DNA of 64,000 nt from Prevotella sp. (GTDB lineage Bacteria; Bacteroidota; Bacteroidia; Bacteroidales; Bacteroidaceae), in contig JBJEAW010000103.1 in the NCBI GenBank assembly GCA_051869435.1, forward strand, positions 5,841 to 69,840, read 5' to 3'. A program made the position numbers and the translations under genes. Numbering within the stretch: position 1 is the stretch's first letter; each line of letters opens with the position of its first letter. Below, in pieces: positions 41,744 to 52,341 of this stretch. The notes below the pieces were generated by a model. The model saw only the letters and a program-made list of their open reading frames with translations. It was not told where the DNA came from and did not search any database.

Positions 41744-42214
41744 TCATCTGCGTCTGCTGCGGAAGAAAGCCTGCATAAGCTCACGGCATTCGTCCTCGAG
41801 AACACCCTCTGTCACCGTTGTCTTAGGATGAAGGGCACGTGGCGAATACTCACGGAAACCACGCTTGACATCAGGACAGCCATAGACAACACGCTTTATC
41901 TGGGCCCATCCGATAGCTCCGGCACACATAGGGCATGGCTCTACTGTGACATAAAGCGTGCAGTCGGTAAGGTATTTGCCGCCCAAAGTGTTGGCGGCCG
42001 CTGTTATTGCCTGCATCTCGGCATGTGCCGTGACATCACATAATGTCTCAGTGAGATTATGGGCACGCGACAAGACTACGCCACGCGAGACGATTACCGC
42101 GCCTATGGGTATCTCGCCGGCCGATTCTGCCAGACGGGCCTCGGCAAGCGCCATACGCATGAAACGCTCGTCGTCCGACAATGTGACAGGGGGAAGAGTT
42201 GTGGATAAGGGCAT
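41744..42214 (-). CDS. tadA: tRNA adenosine deaminase
   Basis: [33 protein letters not shown]. Confidence 0.9.
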   Translation of the reverse strand: MPLSTTLPPVTLSDDERFMRMALAEARLAESAGEIPIGAVIVSRGVVLSRAHNLTETLCDVTAHAEMQAITAAANTLGGKYLTDCTLYVTVEPCPMCAGAIGWAQIKRVVYGCPDVKRGFREYSPRALHPKTTVTEGVLEDECRELMQAFFRSRRR

Positions 42215-42243
42215 GATACGTAGCGTAGGGAATACGCAAAGAT

Positions 42244-42276
42244 AAAAAATTAGGGGCAGACATGGCTGTCTGCCCC
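42244..42276 (-). terminator. Terminator after the TPR gene
   Basis: GGGGCAGACA/TGTCTGCCCC stem with a T run on the minus strand. Confidence 0.7.
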
Positions 42277-42298
42277 AGTATATGATTAACGATGTGGA

Positions 42299-43735
42299 TT
42301 AATATGTAGCGAGCACCTGCTTTGCAAGCTCATTCTCTGGGTCAAGAGAGAGGAGCTTATCGAAGTATGGCTTTGCGGCTGCATTGTCATTCTTTATCTT
42401 GAACAGATAGATGCCAAGGTATGTGTAAGCCTCCTTGATGCGCGATTTGTCAGCGTCTGTCTTGACACCTGCTGTCTCGATAGAGCTTACAAGAGCCTCA
42501 TAATATGGTTTTGCAAGACCCTTCTTCTGGTCAGCATCAAGAAGCTGGATGGTACGGGCAGCCATGAAGTTTGAGTAGTCTGCCGATGTAGGATACTTAG
42601 CGATCATGTCCTTGTAGATAGCGATAGCCTTCTCTACAGATGCCACCTGCTCTGCGCCTGTCTGCTCAGCAGCCATATTGCGGTAGATATTGGCGAAGCC
42701 GGCGAAGTCATTAGCGTTGGCTGACGGGTTAATCTTCAGATACTCCTCGTACTTGGCAAGCGAGTTTGTGAGGTCACCCTTAGCCTTGTATGTATCAGAG
42801 AGAGACTTGAGGACAGCTGCCTTTGCCTCAGCATCCTCTACGGCGTTGTACTGCTTCGTATAGTAGTTGATAGCCTCATCATAGTTCTTCAGACCAGAAT
42901 AGGCAAGGGCTGCAAACTTATAGTCATTGGCTGTGGCCTCAAGAGAGTCGCTCTGGTTGAAGAGACGGTCAACATACTTCACTGCATCCTCATACTGCTT
43001 GAGCTCTACAGAGTTATACATGGCGAGACGATTGTAACCGGCATTGCGTGGCTTTGTCTGCAAGCCATACTCTGCTATCTTCTTTGAGAGGTCGTTCTTC
43101 TGGCTTGCGAAAGCTACAAGGGCATACTCTGTCATGTAGTATGACTCAAGCTTGGAGAGGTCAGAAAGCTGAACCTTCTGGTAGCTCTCAAGCGCAAGAG
43201 GCATGTAAGCAGAGTTCTTGGTAGCTGACATGTAGTAGATATGGCCTGCCTCCGCATCAACAGGATAGGTTGGATCTACTGTGCGGAGCTGCTCAAGTGT
43301 CTGAACTGCCTGCTTTGGGTCACGGCCACGGTAGATGAATGCATACTTCTTATACGCCTCGGCGTTCTTTGAGTCGAAGTAAATGGCATTCTGATACCAT
43401 GATGCAGCCTCTCCTGGATTGTCATTGAAAACCTCGATATCACCGCGGAGAAGATAACCTGCTGCTGAGGCTTTGTTTGCCTTGATGGCGAGGTCTGCAT
43501 ACTTACGGGCATTAAGCGTGTCCTTAACATCAAGATAAGCGCGGCCAAGCTTGGCTACCTCTACAGCGTCTTTCTTCACAAGCTTATAAGCCTGCTTGAC
43601 AACAGCCTCTGTTGCCTTGACGTCCTTTGAACTCTTGATTTCCTTGACTGCATCAGCAATGGACACCTGTGCCATTGCAGGAGCGCTGAAGACTGTCAGC
43701 AACGCTCCGACGAAAAGATATTTTGTTGCCTTCAT
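42299..43735 (-). CDS. Exported tetratricopeptide repeat protein of the TonB cluster
   Basis: Signal peptide ending AMA-Q; many Ala/Tyr TPR helices; alternative start 43741. Confidence 0.88.
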   Translation of the reverse strand: MKATKYLFVGALLTVFSAPAMAQVSIADAVKEIKSSKDVKATEAVVKQAYKLVKKDAVEVAKLGRAYLDVKDTLNARKYADLAIKANKASAAGYLLRGDIEVFNDNPGEAASWYQNAIYFDSKNAEAYKKYAFIYRGRDPKQAVQTLEQLRTVDPTYPVDAEAGHIYYMSATKNSAYMPLALESYQKVQLSDLSKLESYYMTEYALVAFASQKNDLSKKIAEYGLQTKPRNAGYNRLAMYNSVELKQYEDAVKYVDRLFNQSDSLEATANDYKFAALAYSGLKNYDEAINYYTKQYNAVEDAEAKAAVLKSLSDTYKAKGDLTNSLAKYEEYLKINPSANANDFAGFANIYRNMAAEQTGAEQVASVEKAIAIYKDMIAKYPTSADYSNFMAARTIQLLDADQKKGLAKPYYEALVSSIETAGVKTDADKSRIKEAYTYLGIYLFKIKNDNAAAKPYFDKLLSLDPENELAKQVLATY

Positions 43736-44011
43736 AATCATTTTGTTTTAACGGTTTCTTCTATTATTTTTACTCTGTTATCTGTTTGTTCTTAACTTAT
43801 ACATTATTTGAACACGGACGATTGGCATGCCTATGTCCGAAGCATTTGATATGTACTGTCTGCTGTTTCTCTTGTGTCTTGATGTCGTTTCTTATTAAAT
43901 TAATTTGTCAAACATTATGTCCTCAAATGCTACACACATGGCTTATTGGCATGTGAGACAACGGTCTCTTTACCATTATGACAACAACCGGAGATAATAG
44001 TTTAATTATTG

Positions 44012-44995
44012 TCACTCTGTTTTAACGTTAACTTTTCTAAAAGTCAAATCACCACGGTAAGGAAGCAGAGCTGATTTTAGGATTATCTTCTGGCCGATTG
44101 GCGACTGGAGGAAATTGGCAAATCCTACAGGGAGGCCATGGTAAGGGTCAACAAGGAGGGCATATACTGTACGAGTGAAAGCATAACGGCCGTCAAGCAT
44201 GTATAGCTGATACGGCTTCCAGCTGTTCATCTCTGTCGCCTTCTCCATCTTGGAGAGAGACATAACTGTGATATTCTTCTTGAATGTGACGTTTGTCGTG
44301 TCACGCTTGTCATTCAGCCAGTTGCTGCCTATGATGCCAATAGCATTAGGAGTCTTCTCAACATAGTTGATGACTTCGGCACTTGTGTTGACAGCTGTAA
44401 TATTCGGACTGTTTATTGGTTTGCCTCCAAGGATGGAATCGACAGCATAATGCACAGCCGCTGACTTATTGTTGTCGAAGACTACATCTATCATTCCAAG
44501 CTTAGAGCCTTCGTTTATCTCGTTCCAGTTCTTTGCCTGTCCGCTAAGGATGCGTTTCACATCGTTCACAGTGATGCAGGAGTCTGTATTCTGATTGTTA
44601 CAGATGAGTGCAAGACCATCATAGCCTATAGGGAAATAACGAGGCTGAAGATTGTTCGACTTGAAATAGTTAAGCTGCTTCTCGGTGAAATTCTTAGAGG
44701 TGATTATGAGATGAACCTTCTGCTGCATGAGAGCATTGATGGCATCAAGCTCGTTGGTATATTGGGGTGTGACGTGAGCGTCAGGATATGTAGCATGGAA
44801 CACTCTCAGTTCCTCTTCTATTATAGGGCTGAAGCTTTCGTCACACATGACAACCATCTCGCCTGATGCATATGTATCTGTTCTGGCATTCTTGGACTTC
44901 TGCTGATTACCACAAGAGCAGAAAACCAACAATGTAAGTAGAGACATCAGCAAAGATGTTCTTATTTTTCTATAAGTGTTTGTTGTGACTTTCAT
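44012..44995 (-). CDS. PstS-like substrate-binding lipoprotein
   Basis: Lipobox CSC; CDESFSPII, IGYDGLALI, NAIGIIG, FANFLQSPIGQKII. Confidence 0.85.
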   Translation of the reverse strand: MKVTTNTYRKIRTSLLMSLLTLLVFCSCGNQQKSKNARTDTYASGEMVVMCDESFSPIIEEELRVFHATYPDAHVTPQYTNELDAINALMQQKVHLIITSKNFTEKQLNYFKSNNLQPRYFPIGYDGLALICNNQNTDSCITVNDVKRILSGQAKNWNEINEGSKLGMIDVVFDNNKSAAVHYAVDSILGGKPINSPNITAVNTSAEVINYVEKTPNAIGIIGSNWLNDKRDTTNVTFKKNITVMSLSKMEKATEMNSWKPYQLYMLDGRYAFTRTVYALLVDPYHGLPVGFANFLQSPIGQKIILKSALLPYRGDLTFRKVNVKTE

Positions 44996-45039
44996 ACTAA
45001 AGCTACTATAAAGATATTTATATTTTACAATCATGAGAT

Positions 45040-45259
45040 TCATTCCAAGTACTCGACAAACATCCTGTAAACCATCATAATAAGGATAAACAACACATGA
45101 AAAACAGGAGTCACGGTATCATGTAAAATTCCATTTACCCATTCATGCGTGGGATGTAATGCTACATAGTATATCTTCCTATCCACATAATTATTGATAA
45201 TGTGAGGAATATGCAATCGTCTTTATCCCGCCTGGTGTGTTGTATTGTTGCTGACAATG
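45040..45259 (-). pseudogene. Possible decayed small membrane-protein gene between tonB and the PstS-like gene
   Basis: Fragments QQYNTPGGIK and hydrophobic VLFILIMMVYR lie in different frames with no ATG start. The call relies on my recollection that this Bacteroidales cluster has a small membrane ORF here. Confidence 0.3.
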
Positions 45260-45376
45260 GCAATGCCCGTTGCCAATTATAATGAAAAAGCAAAGAGTAG
45301 AGGTAAACCCTCTCTTGGGAGAAGCCTCACCACTACTCTTCACTTATATTTCATTCAAGATTTATATCTGTCATGA

Positions 45377-46207
45377 TTACTGGAGGCGGAATACAACAGG
45401 AACGAAGTATTTCACACGAACGGCAGAGCCATTCTGCTTACCAGGGATCCACTTAGGCATTGACTTGACAACTCGCTCTGCCTCACGGTCGAGTGAAGGA
45501 TCGACAGACTTCATTGTCTTAACGTCAGTTACACTACCGTCCTTCTCTACGACGAACTGTACTGTAACACGACCCTGGATACCATTCTCCTCAGCAACAG
45601 CAGGATACTTCACATGAGAAGAGAGGTAAGCCATGAGAGCACTTGGTCCGCCAGGGAATGATGGCATCTGCTCTACAACGTCGAACACCTTGTTCTCCTC
45701 CTCATGCTTCGGAGGTTCTGGAGTAGCGATTTCCTCGACAGCCTTGAGGACAGTACCACCCTCCTCGTCGTTACCCTTCACGTCGAAGGCGCCGATGGCA
45801 GTCTTGTTCTCATTAAGCTCGTCCTGTGTCTTCATCTCCTCCTCGGGCTTAACCTCAGAGTCTTTCTTGATCACAGGAGGTGTGAAGGCGATAGAAGACT
45901 TAACCTTCTCAACCTTCTGCATCTCAACCTTTGGGGTCTCGGTTTTCTTCTCTACCTTGGCTTCTTTCTTCTGCTCAAGGAGTGAAGCTTCCATCTCAGC
46001 CTCAAAGCGAGCCTTCTGCTGTTCCTGATATGTATTGTATGCTGCGAGACCTACGTATGCTAACGCTGCGACAGCTGCGACGAAAACCATAGCCCAAAGG
46101 TTACGCTTTCCGGTTGACCTACGCAATTGATAAGCACCATAGGCCTGATTGCGACCGGCAAAGACGAGCTCGGTCCAATCATTTGAAATAAGATCTATTT
46201 TTGACAT
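45377..46207 (-). CDS. tonB: Energy transducer TonB
   Basis: GRNQAYGAYQLR, single TM helix, VEQMPSFPGG, YPAVAEENGIQGRV, WIPGKQNG. Confidence 0.95.
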   Translation of the reverse strand: MSKIDLISNDWTELVFAGRNQAYGAYQLRRSTGKRNLWAMVFVAAVAALAYVGLAAYNTYQEQQKARFEAEMEASLLEQKKEAKVEKKTETPKVEMQKVEKVKSSIAFTPPVIKKDSEVKPEEEMKTQDELNENKTAIGAFDVKGNDEEGGTVLKAVEEIATPEPPKHEEENKVFDVVEQMPSFPGGPSALMAYLSSHVKYPAVAEENGIQGRVTVQFVVEKDGSVTDVKTMKSVDPSLDREAERVVKSMPKWIPGKQNGSAVRVKYFVPVVFRLQ

Positions 46208-46249
46208 AGTTCGGATATTTCTTATTATGGATTAATTATCTTACAGGCA

Positions 46250-46894
46250 TTACTTAACACCAGCTGAATTAAGCAGCTTGAGGTCGTCTTCGTTAACCTG
46301 GTCGATAACATACTTACCAATTGCACAAATCTGCATCTCGTCAAGAGCGTCAACAAGGTTCTTGTAGCTGGCTGTATCAAGAGCCTTGATGATGATAGTC
46401 AGAGGCGGCACCTTACCAGACTCGAGCTCACCCTTCTTGATTTTCTCCAGACGTGCGTTATAGACTGAGTCAGGCATTGACTTGTCCTTAGCGCGCTCTG
46501 CATCGAGGAGAGCCTTAGAAGCCTTTATGTTCTTTACAGGTGTATAACCTTCCTCTGTGGTGTGATTGATGAGGACATCACGGAGACCTTTCGCGCCCCA
46601 TGTGGTCTTCTTCAGACATTTAGGGTCGTCATAGTTTGGAATACCATCGACATGGTAAACTGCATCGTTACCAGCGAGGTATATAGTGATGGTCTGTGAC
46701 GCTTTTGTCGCACCACGGTCTTGCTCGTTCACATTCTTATCGTTACTTGGCATAGTGAGCTGCATTGACTGCGGCTTGCTAAGCGATGTACACAACATGA
46801 AGAAGGTGATGAGGAGCATCATCATATCCACCATCGGGGTGAAGTCGACGCGGGTCTCGGCTTTTTTCTGTCTTGAGCCTTTTTTCTTTGCCAT
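46250..46894 (-). CDS. exbD: Biopolymer transporter ExbD
   Basis: DFTPMVDMMMLLITFFML; YKNLVDALDEM. Confidence 0.92.
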   Translation of the reverse strand: MAKKKGSRQKKAETRVDFTPMVDMMMLLITFFMLCTSLSKPQSMQLTMPSNDKNVNEQDRGATKASQTITIYLAGNDAVYHVDGIPNYDDPKCLKKTTWGAKGLRDVLINHTTEEGYTPVKNIKASKALLDAERAKDKSMPDSVYNARLEKIKKGELESGKVPPLTIIIKALDTASYKNLVDALDEMQICAIGKYVIDQVNEDDLKLLNSAGVK

Positions 46895-46896
46895 AA

Positions 46897-47517
46897 TTAT
46901 TCACCCTCCTTCTTTAAGTTGGTAATAAGATAGTAACGGTTCTCACTCATGTCCTGGAGTTCAGACATCATCTTCTTAATAACCTTGTACGGTGTGTCAG
47001 AGTCGGCCTTGATAGCTATTTTCATATCGCTACCGAAAGAAGAGTTGCGTGCTGCGTCAACCCAAAGCTGGAACTCGCTCATACCGCCATTGATACTGTC
47101 GGTAGGGATACCCATATCTTTCTGGAGGTTATTAATGTCCGATGACTCATGTCTGAGGACATTTGACATTTCTGCAACAGGTACGCCGAAAGAGGCGAGG
47201 GCAACGAAATTCTTCTGCTGTGGAGCAGAAAGGCTGAGGTTAGATACAGTGGTTGAGAAGTTATTGAGCATCTCTTGCATGTATCCAGGCTTGTCGAGCC
47301 CGATGAAAATCTTGCCACCTTTATCAACGAGGATTTGCAGAACTTCAGTCTCTGGAACTTTGATTTCAGACACCGATCCTGGCGTATTGACCTTCACAGC
47401 CTCATTCTTCACGAATGTTGATGTCAACATGAAGAAAGTGAGGAGGAGGACCATGACGTCGGACATCGGGGTCATATCGATCCAGACGTCGGCTTTCTTG
47501 ATTTTTACTTTACCCAT
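46897..47517 (-). CDS. exbD: Biopolymer transporter ExbD
   Basis: DMTPMSDVMVLLLTFFML; IKADSDTPY. Confidence 0.92.
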   Translation of the reverse strand: MGKVKIKKADVWIDMTPMSDVMVLLLTFFMLTSTFVKNEAVKVNTPGSVSEIKVPETEVLQILVDKGGKIFIGLDKPGYMQEMLNNFSTTVSNLSLSAPQQKNFVALASFGVPVAEMSNVLRHESSDINNLQKDMGIPTDSINGGMSEFQLWVDAARNSSFGSDMKIAIKADSDTPYKVIKKMMSELQDMSENRYYLITNLKKEGE

Positions 47518-47550
47518 AGTGATAAAAGTTTTAAAGGGTTAGTAAAAAGA

Positions 47551-48387
47551 TTAAGCCTCTTCTGTGTGGTTAGCCTCGTATGTCTTAGCGATAGTGTAAC
47601 CAACCTCATCAAGAGCGTAAGTGAGCTTATCGATCTTGTTTGAGTAGAAGTTATAAGCAACAACGGCGCACCATGATGTCAAGATACCAGATGCTGTATT
47701 GACGAGGGCCTCTGAAATACCAGTAGAGAGCTCGAGAGAGTCGCCACCACCACCGGCTGCAAGAGCGGCGAATGACTTGATCATACCGACCACAGTACCG
47801 AAGAGGGCGGTGAGAGTACCGAGAGTTACGAGAGTAGCGAGGATAGGCATGTTCATCTGGAGAGTAGGCATCTCGAGCTGAACGGCCTCCTCATGAGCCT
47901 GCTGTATCTTAGCAACCTTCTGCTCCTTCTTGAGGCCAGAGGTCTGCTCCATCTCAGCATAAGCCTTGAGAGATGCAGTAACGACGTTACCTACAACACC
48001 CTGCTGCTTGTCGCAGAGCTGCTGTGCCTTCTGGAGGTCGCCAGAAGTAACGGCCTTCTTAACCTCAGCAACGAACTTAGCGAGCTTTCCCTTACCATTG
48101 GCAACGCTGAGAGCGATACCACGCTCAACAGAAAGAGCGATAACGGTGAAGAGGAGAGTGATGATAACAGGAACGACGATACCACCTTTGTAGATAGTAC
48201 CAAGCAGGTTACCTGGGAGAGGAGCGTTTGCGTTGTCGCCACCCTGGAAGTTTGATGGGTTACCAAGCACAAGCTGGAAGAATGCTACACCTGCAACAAA
48301 GCAGAGTACAATAATCCAAATCGCTGCGCGAACACCCTGGAAGCCCTGCTTCTTCTGAGCTGGGGCTGCTTTCTGTGAATTTGCCAT
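47551..48387 (-). CDS. exbB: MotA/TolQ/ExbB proton channel
   Basis: LFGTVVGMIKSF, GISEALVNTA. Confidence 0.92.
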   Translation of the reverse strand: MANSQKAAPAQKKQGFQGVRAAIWIIVLCFVAGVAFFQLVLGNPSNFQGGDNANAPLPGNLLGTIYKGGIVVPVIITLLFTVIALSVERGIALSVANGKGKLAKFVAEVKKAVTSGDLQKAQQLCDKQQGVVGNVVTASLKAYAEMEQTSGLKKEQKVAKIQQAHEEAVQLEMPTLQMNMPILATLVTLGTLTALFGTVVGMIKSFAALAAGGGGDSLELSTGISEALVNTASGILTSWCAVVAYNFYSNKIDKLTYALDEVGYTIAKTYEANHTEEA

Positions 48388-48632
48388 AATGTTTTTAGAT
48401 TTAGTTATTAATAGAATTAAACTTAATTCGATGTTAATGCTCTTTTAGAATTATCTGTGTGAGAACGATGAGACAGGACAATTCATGTTTTGGTGTTTCA
48501 TGATATATAGAGGCATACAATCTTCATCGCTTTTTCATTCGCAAAGATAGTTATTTTTTGCGAAGAAAAGTCCTCATTAAATAATTTTAACACCGTTTGG
48601 ACATAAATTTCCTTGATTTGTATTATCTCGGG

Positions 48633-49826
48633 TTATGCCAAGAGAGCGAGAGTCTCTTTAATTCGTCTCATGGCCTCGACTATGTTCTCGTCGCTTGTGG
48701 CATAGCTCATGCGGAAGCACTCAGGCGAGCCGAAGGCGTCTCCGGCGACTGTTGCGACATGTCCTTGCTCAAGAATGAACATGGCGAGGTCTGTTGATGA
48801 GGTTATTGTCTTGCCGTTATAGCTTTTCCCGAAGAACGAAGAGCATTTTGGGAAGAGGTAGAACGCTCCCTCTGGATTGTTGACCTCAAGTCCCGGTATC
48901 TCCTTGGCGAGCTTCACGATAAGGTTTTTCCTGCGCTCAAAGGCTTGTCTCATGGTCTCGACACAGTCCTGCGGACCGGCGAAAGCGGCCTCAGCAGCCT
49001 TCTGTGAGACGGAGCATGGTCCGGATGTGTATTGTCCCTGGAGCTTGTTACATCCCTTTGCTATCCACTCAGGAGCGGCAATGAACCCTATGCGCCATCC
49101 TGTCATGGCATATGCTTTTGACACGCCGTTGACGACGACGACACGTTCCTTTATATCCTCGAAAGAGGCTATGGAGGCGTGTTTGCCGACATAGTTGATA
49201 TGCTCATATATCTCATCGGCTATGACGATGACGCGATCATGCCTCACGAGGACATTTTTCAGGGCCTCAAGCTCTTCCCTGCTATAGACAGAGCCGGTAG
49301 GGTTTGACGGAGAGCACAATATGAGTGCTCTTGTCTTAGGTGTTATGGCGGTCTCAAGCTGCTCAGGGGTTATCTTGAAGTCTTGCTCTATCGGGGCTTC
49401 CACGATTACCGGTGTGCCCTCAGCGAGCAGCACCATCTGCGGGTAGCTCACCCAGTATGGTGCAGGTATAATCACCTCGTCTCCTGCATTGACGATAGCC
49501 ATGATAGAGTTGCAGACGGACTGTTTCGCACCGTTTGAGCATACTATCTGCGCTGGTTTGTAGTCAAGCCCGTTCTCGTTTTTGAGCTTATCCACGATGG
49601 CCTGCTTAAGGCTTGGATATCCTGGCACGGGGCTGTATCTGCTCCAGTTGTCCTCGACAGCCTTTATTGCAGCTGCCTTGATATGGTCAGGAGTGTTAAA
49701 GTCAGGCTCTCCGACGCTCATGTTTATCACGTCAATGCCTTGTGCTTTCATCTCTGAGCTCTTCTGCGACATGGCGAGAGTGGCAGAAGGTGAGAGTCTG
49801 TTCAATCTTTCCGATAGGTTTAACAT
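48633..49826 (-). CDS. aspC: Class I PLP-dependent (aspartate) aminotransferase
   Basis: VGEPDF, PYWVSY, SPSNPTG, DEIYE, SKAYAMTGWRIG. Confidence 0.9.
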   Translation of the reverse strand: MLNLSERLNRLSPSATLAMSQKSSEMKAQGIDVINMSVGEPDFNTPDHIKAAAIKAVEDNWSRYSPVPGYPSLKQAIVDKLKNENGLDYKPAQIVCSNGAKQSVCNSIMAIVNAGDEVIIPAPYWVSYPQMVLLAEGTPVIVEAPIEQDFKITPEQLETAITPKTRALILCSPSNPTGSVYSREELEALKNVLVRHDRVIVIADEIYEHINYVGKHASIASFEDIKERVVVVNGVSKAYAMTGWRIGFIAAPEWIAKGCNKLQGQYTSGPCSVSQKAAEAAFAGPQDCVETMRQAFERRKNLIVKLAKEIPGLEVNNPEGAFYLFPKCSSFFGKSYNGKTITSSTDLAMFILEQGHVATVAGDAFGSPECFRMSYATSDENIVEAMRRIKETLALLA

Positions 49827-49851
49827 GGTTTTGGGTTTAATGTAGTGACTG

Positions 49852-49883
49852 CAAATTTACTTAATTTTATTGTTTATCACAAA
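49852..49883 (-). promoter_or_regulatory. Promoter of aspC
   Basis: Minus strand TTTG - 20 nt - TAAATTTG. Confidence 0.7.
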
Positions 49884-49919
49884 GATTGTGTGACTTTATT
49901 TCACTTTTTAACTATTTTT

Positions 49920-51857
49920 CTATATGGCATCACAGGACGCCTGGCCACGATTATATAATAATGTGTCTATCTTCCCTATGATACCGTCATTAAGACTGTG
50001 TATTGTCTTGAGGTCTCCGAAGAGCCTCAGCCTGAACCGCCACATGCGCAGATACAGGAATGTGCCTACAGGCAGCATGATGAACGCCAAGATATTCATC
50101 CATTTCCTGTCAAAAGGTCTTGTATGCGCCTTTATCGACATGACGGGATACTGCTGGAGGAGTTTCATTATATCGCGTTCCTGTGTGTTGCCGAGGTCTG
50201 CAATGACGCTCTCGAGCTCTTCGCTTATGCGTTCTATCTCATGGTCTGGCACATATCTGAAGAAGACATTCACGACGTTAGGCATGAGGAACAATTTATG
50301 CTCTTTGTTGTAAGCCACTATATCCTCTGTTATTGTCTGAAGCCTTTCCTTATCGGCAGCATAGTGCGGCTCGTCGATGACGACCTCCTTCAGTGACATG
50401 CTCCGTCTCAGTCTCAGTCCGAACAGCCTCATGAAGAAATTGCGGTAGAGGTCAACATTGAACACCATGGAGTCTTTGTTGGCCTTGTGTGTGAAGAACA
50501 CGGCTGTGGGTATGAGCACGGCAGGCGCGAGCCCCTTTGCGAGCCACACGGGCCATGCTCCGAGTCGTGCCATTCTGAATCCGGTGTCGTCGAGGATGAA
50601 GTATATGATGAACACTATGACGGATATGATTACCGGCACTCCTAATCCTCCCTTACGTATAATGGCTCCGAGCGGCGCACCGATAAAGAAGAATATGAGG
50701 CACAGCAATGCCGTCGTATATTTGTTTATCCATTCAAGGTAATGCTCTCTGACGATGCGGTTGCCGTCGGCAGCTGTCAGTCCGCTGAACGCGAGGTAGT
50801 CATGCACCATTCTCACCTCGCTCAGTGCCTGACTTGTCACGGCCTTTTTCTCGTCTGTTGTCAGCCGTCCGTATATGCTGTCGATATCCAGCTGTGCGGC
50901 CTTTGCCTTGGCCAGGAGCCTCTTGCCATCGACAGTGTCTTTCTTCTGGGGCATATACCGTGAGAAGTACATGCGCCTAATGTCGCCATATACCCCTCTT
51001 CCGATACTGTCGAGGGAGAGGTTTGTCTGTTTTAGTCCGCTTCTGATATCGTCGAGACTTTTGCCGCGCGCGTCACCTGCGAACAGGTTGTTATCAACAT
51101 TAAGGTCGGCATCAAAATCGAGGAGTATGCGTTTCGTGACGAATGTCTCTCTTCTATATGGCACATTAGCGTTCCCGACGATGCTCTGTGTCTGCATGTT
51201 CTCGAACCATTCTCCCTTATACAGCTGCAGCAGCAGGTGTTTCTTGTCGGCTGTTGTCTGCAGGCGTCCGCTGTCGGCGAGTATTATCGCCGCGTCCTCA
51301 AAGGAGTTTGTCATGCGGTATATCATGACTCCGTAGAGCATGCCTGTGTTAATATCCTTTTTCTGGACATAGAGGTTACAGTCAGGTATTCCGTCATAGA
51401 ACACTCCCTCAGGTATCTCGAGCTCAGGGTTTTTCTGCTTCATGGCGGCCAGCAGCTGCATGAACTTACGGTTGGCATTAGGCGCCACGACATTCTGGAA
51501 GAAGAATGAGCCGAGCATTATGAACGCCGTCAGCACAATGAGCGAGCGGAATGCCTGAAGCAGTGATATTCCGGCCGCCTTTATTGATGTCAGCTCTGAG
51601 CTCTCGCCCAGATTGCCAAAGGCTATGAGCGACGACAGCAGTATGGCCAACGGGAGTGCCTGTGGGACGAGCATCAGGCCCATATACCAGAAGAACTGTG
51701 CCAGGACCTCGACAGAGAGTCCCTTTCCTATCAGCTCATCGACATATCGCCACATGAACTGCATCATCAGGACGAACTGGCTGATGCAGAACGTTCCGAC
51801 GAAGAGCATGGCAAACTGCCTCACGATGAATATGTCAAGACGTTTTATTCTTATCAT
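49920..51857 (-). CDS. LptF/LptG (YjgP/YjgQ) family permease
   Basis: ALPLAILLSSLIAFGNLGESSELTSIKAAGIS, FFIGAPLGAIIRKGG. Confidence 0.9.
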   Translation of the reverse strand: MIRIKRLDIFIVRQFAMLFVGTFCISQFVLMMQFMWRYVDELIGKGLSVEVLAQFFWYMGLMLVPQALPLAILLSSLIAFGNLGESSELTSIKAAGISLLQAFRSLIVLTAFIMLGSFFFQNVVAPNANRKFMQLLAAMKQKNPELEIPEGVFYDGIPDCNLYVQKKDINTGMLYGVMIYRMTNSFEDAAIILADSGRLQTTADKKHLLLQLYKGEWFENMQTQSIVGNANVPYRRETFVTKRILLDFDADLNVDNNLFAGDARGKSLDDIRSGLKQTNLSLDSIGRGVYGDIRRMYFSRYMPQKKDTVDGKRLLAKAKAAQLDIDSIYGRLTTDEKKAVTSQALSEVRMVHDYLAFSGLTAADGNRIVREHYLEWINKYTTALLCLIFFFIGAPLGAIIRKGGLGVPVIISVIVFIIYFILDDTGFRMARLGAWPVWLAKGLAPAVLIPTAVFFTHKANKDSMVFNVDLYRNFFMRLFGLRLRRSMSLKEVVIDEPHYAADKERLQTITEDIVAYNKEHKLFLMPNVVNVFFRYVPDHEIERISEELESVIADLGNTQERDIMKLLQQYPVMSIKAHTRPFDRKWMNILAFIMLPVGTFLYLRMWRFRLRLFGDLKTIHSLNDGIIGKIDTLLYNRGQASCDAI

Positions 51858-52160
51858 TATTATGTTTTATGCCGTCACATGGCATTGGCCATGACGTGGC
51901 GTGTCATGGGATGTGACATGCGTCGCATCCTTTTCTGCCACGCCATGCGCCATCCCTGTGTTCATCATCCGGAAGCCTTTATCCAGGCTTTCCATGCTAC
52001 GCATGACAGTTCCATGGAACATGCCATGCCCTACCATTGCGTGTATTGCGGCCGTCATGTTCCGGCATTCCCCCTCCAGCGACACAGCTTTCAGGCTGCC
52101 TGCACAGCATTCCAGGCCACAAATCCCACGCGCAGTAAATAAGTATTGTATTATCTCATG

Positions 52161-52192
52161 CAAAAGTACGAATAAAATCCGATATGAGCAAA
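52161..52192 (-). promoter_or_regulatory. Promoter of the LptF/G gene
   Basis: Minus strand TTTG - 20 nt - TACTTTTG. Confidence 0.65.
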
Positions 52193-52229
52193 AAAAAGTA
52201 CTGTTTGAATAAAAAAAACCTCATTTCTC

Positions 52230-52260
52230 TTTGCAGTATAAAAAAATTGTATTACCTTTG
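52230..52260 (+). promoter_or_regulatory. Promoter of tRNA-Met
   Basis: TTTG - 19 nt - TACCTTTG followed by CACCCGC. Confidence 0.8.
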
Positions 52261-52341
52261 CACCCGCAAATGAGAGATATGCCAACAGTCACTGCCTATA
52301 ACGGCTGTTTCAGGAGGCATAATCAATCATGAGAAAATGAT

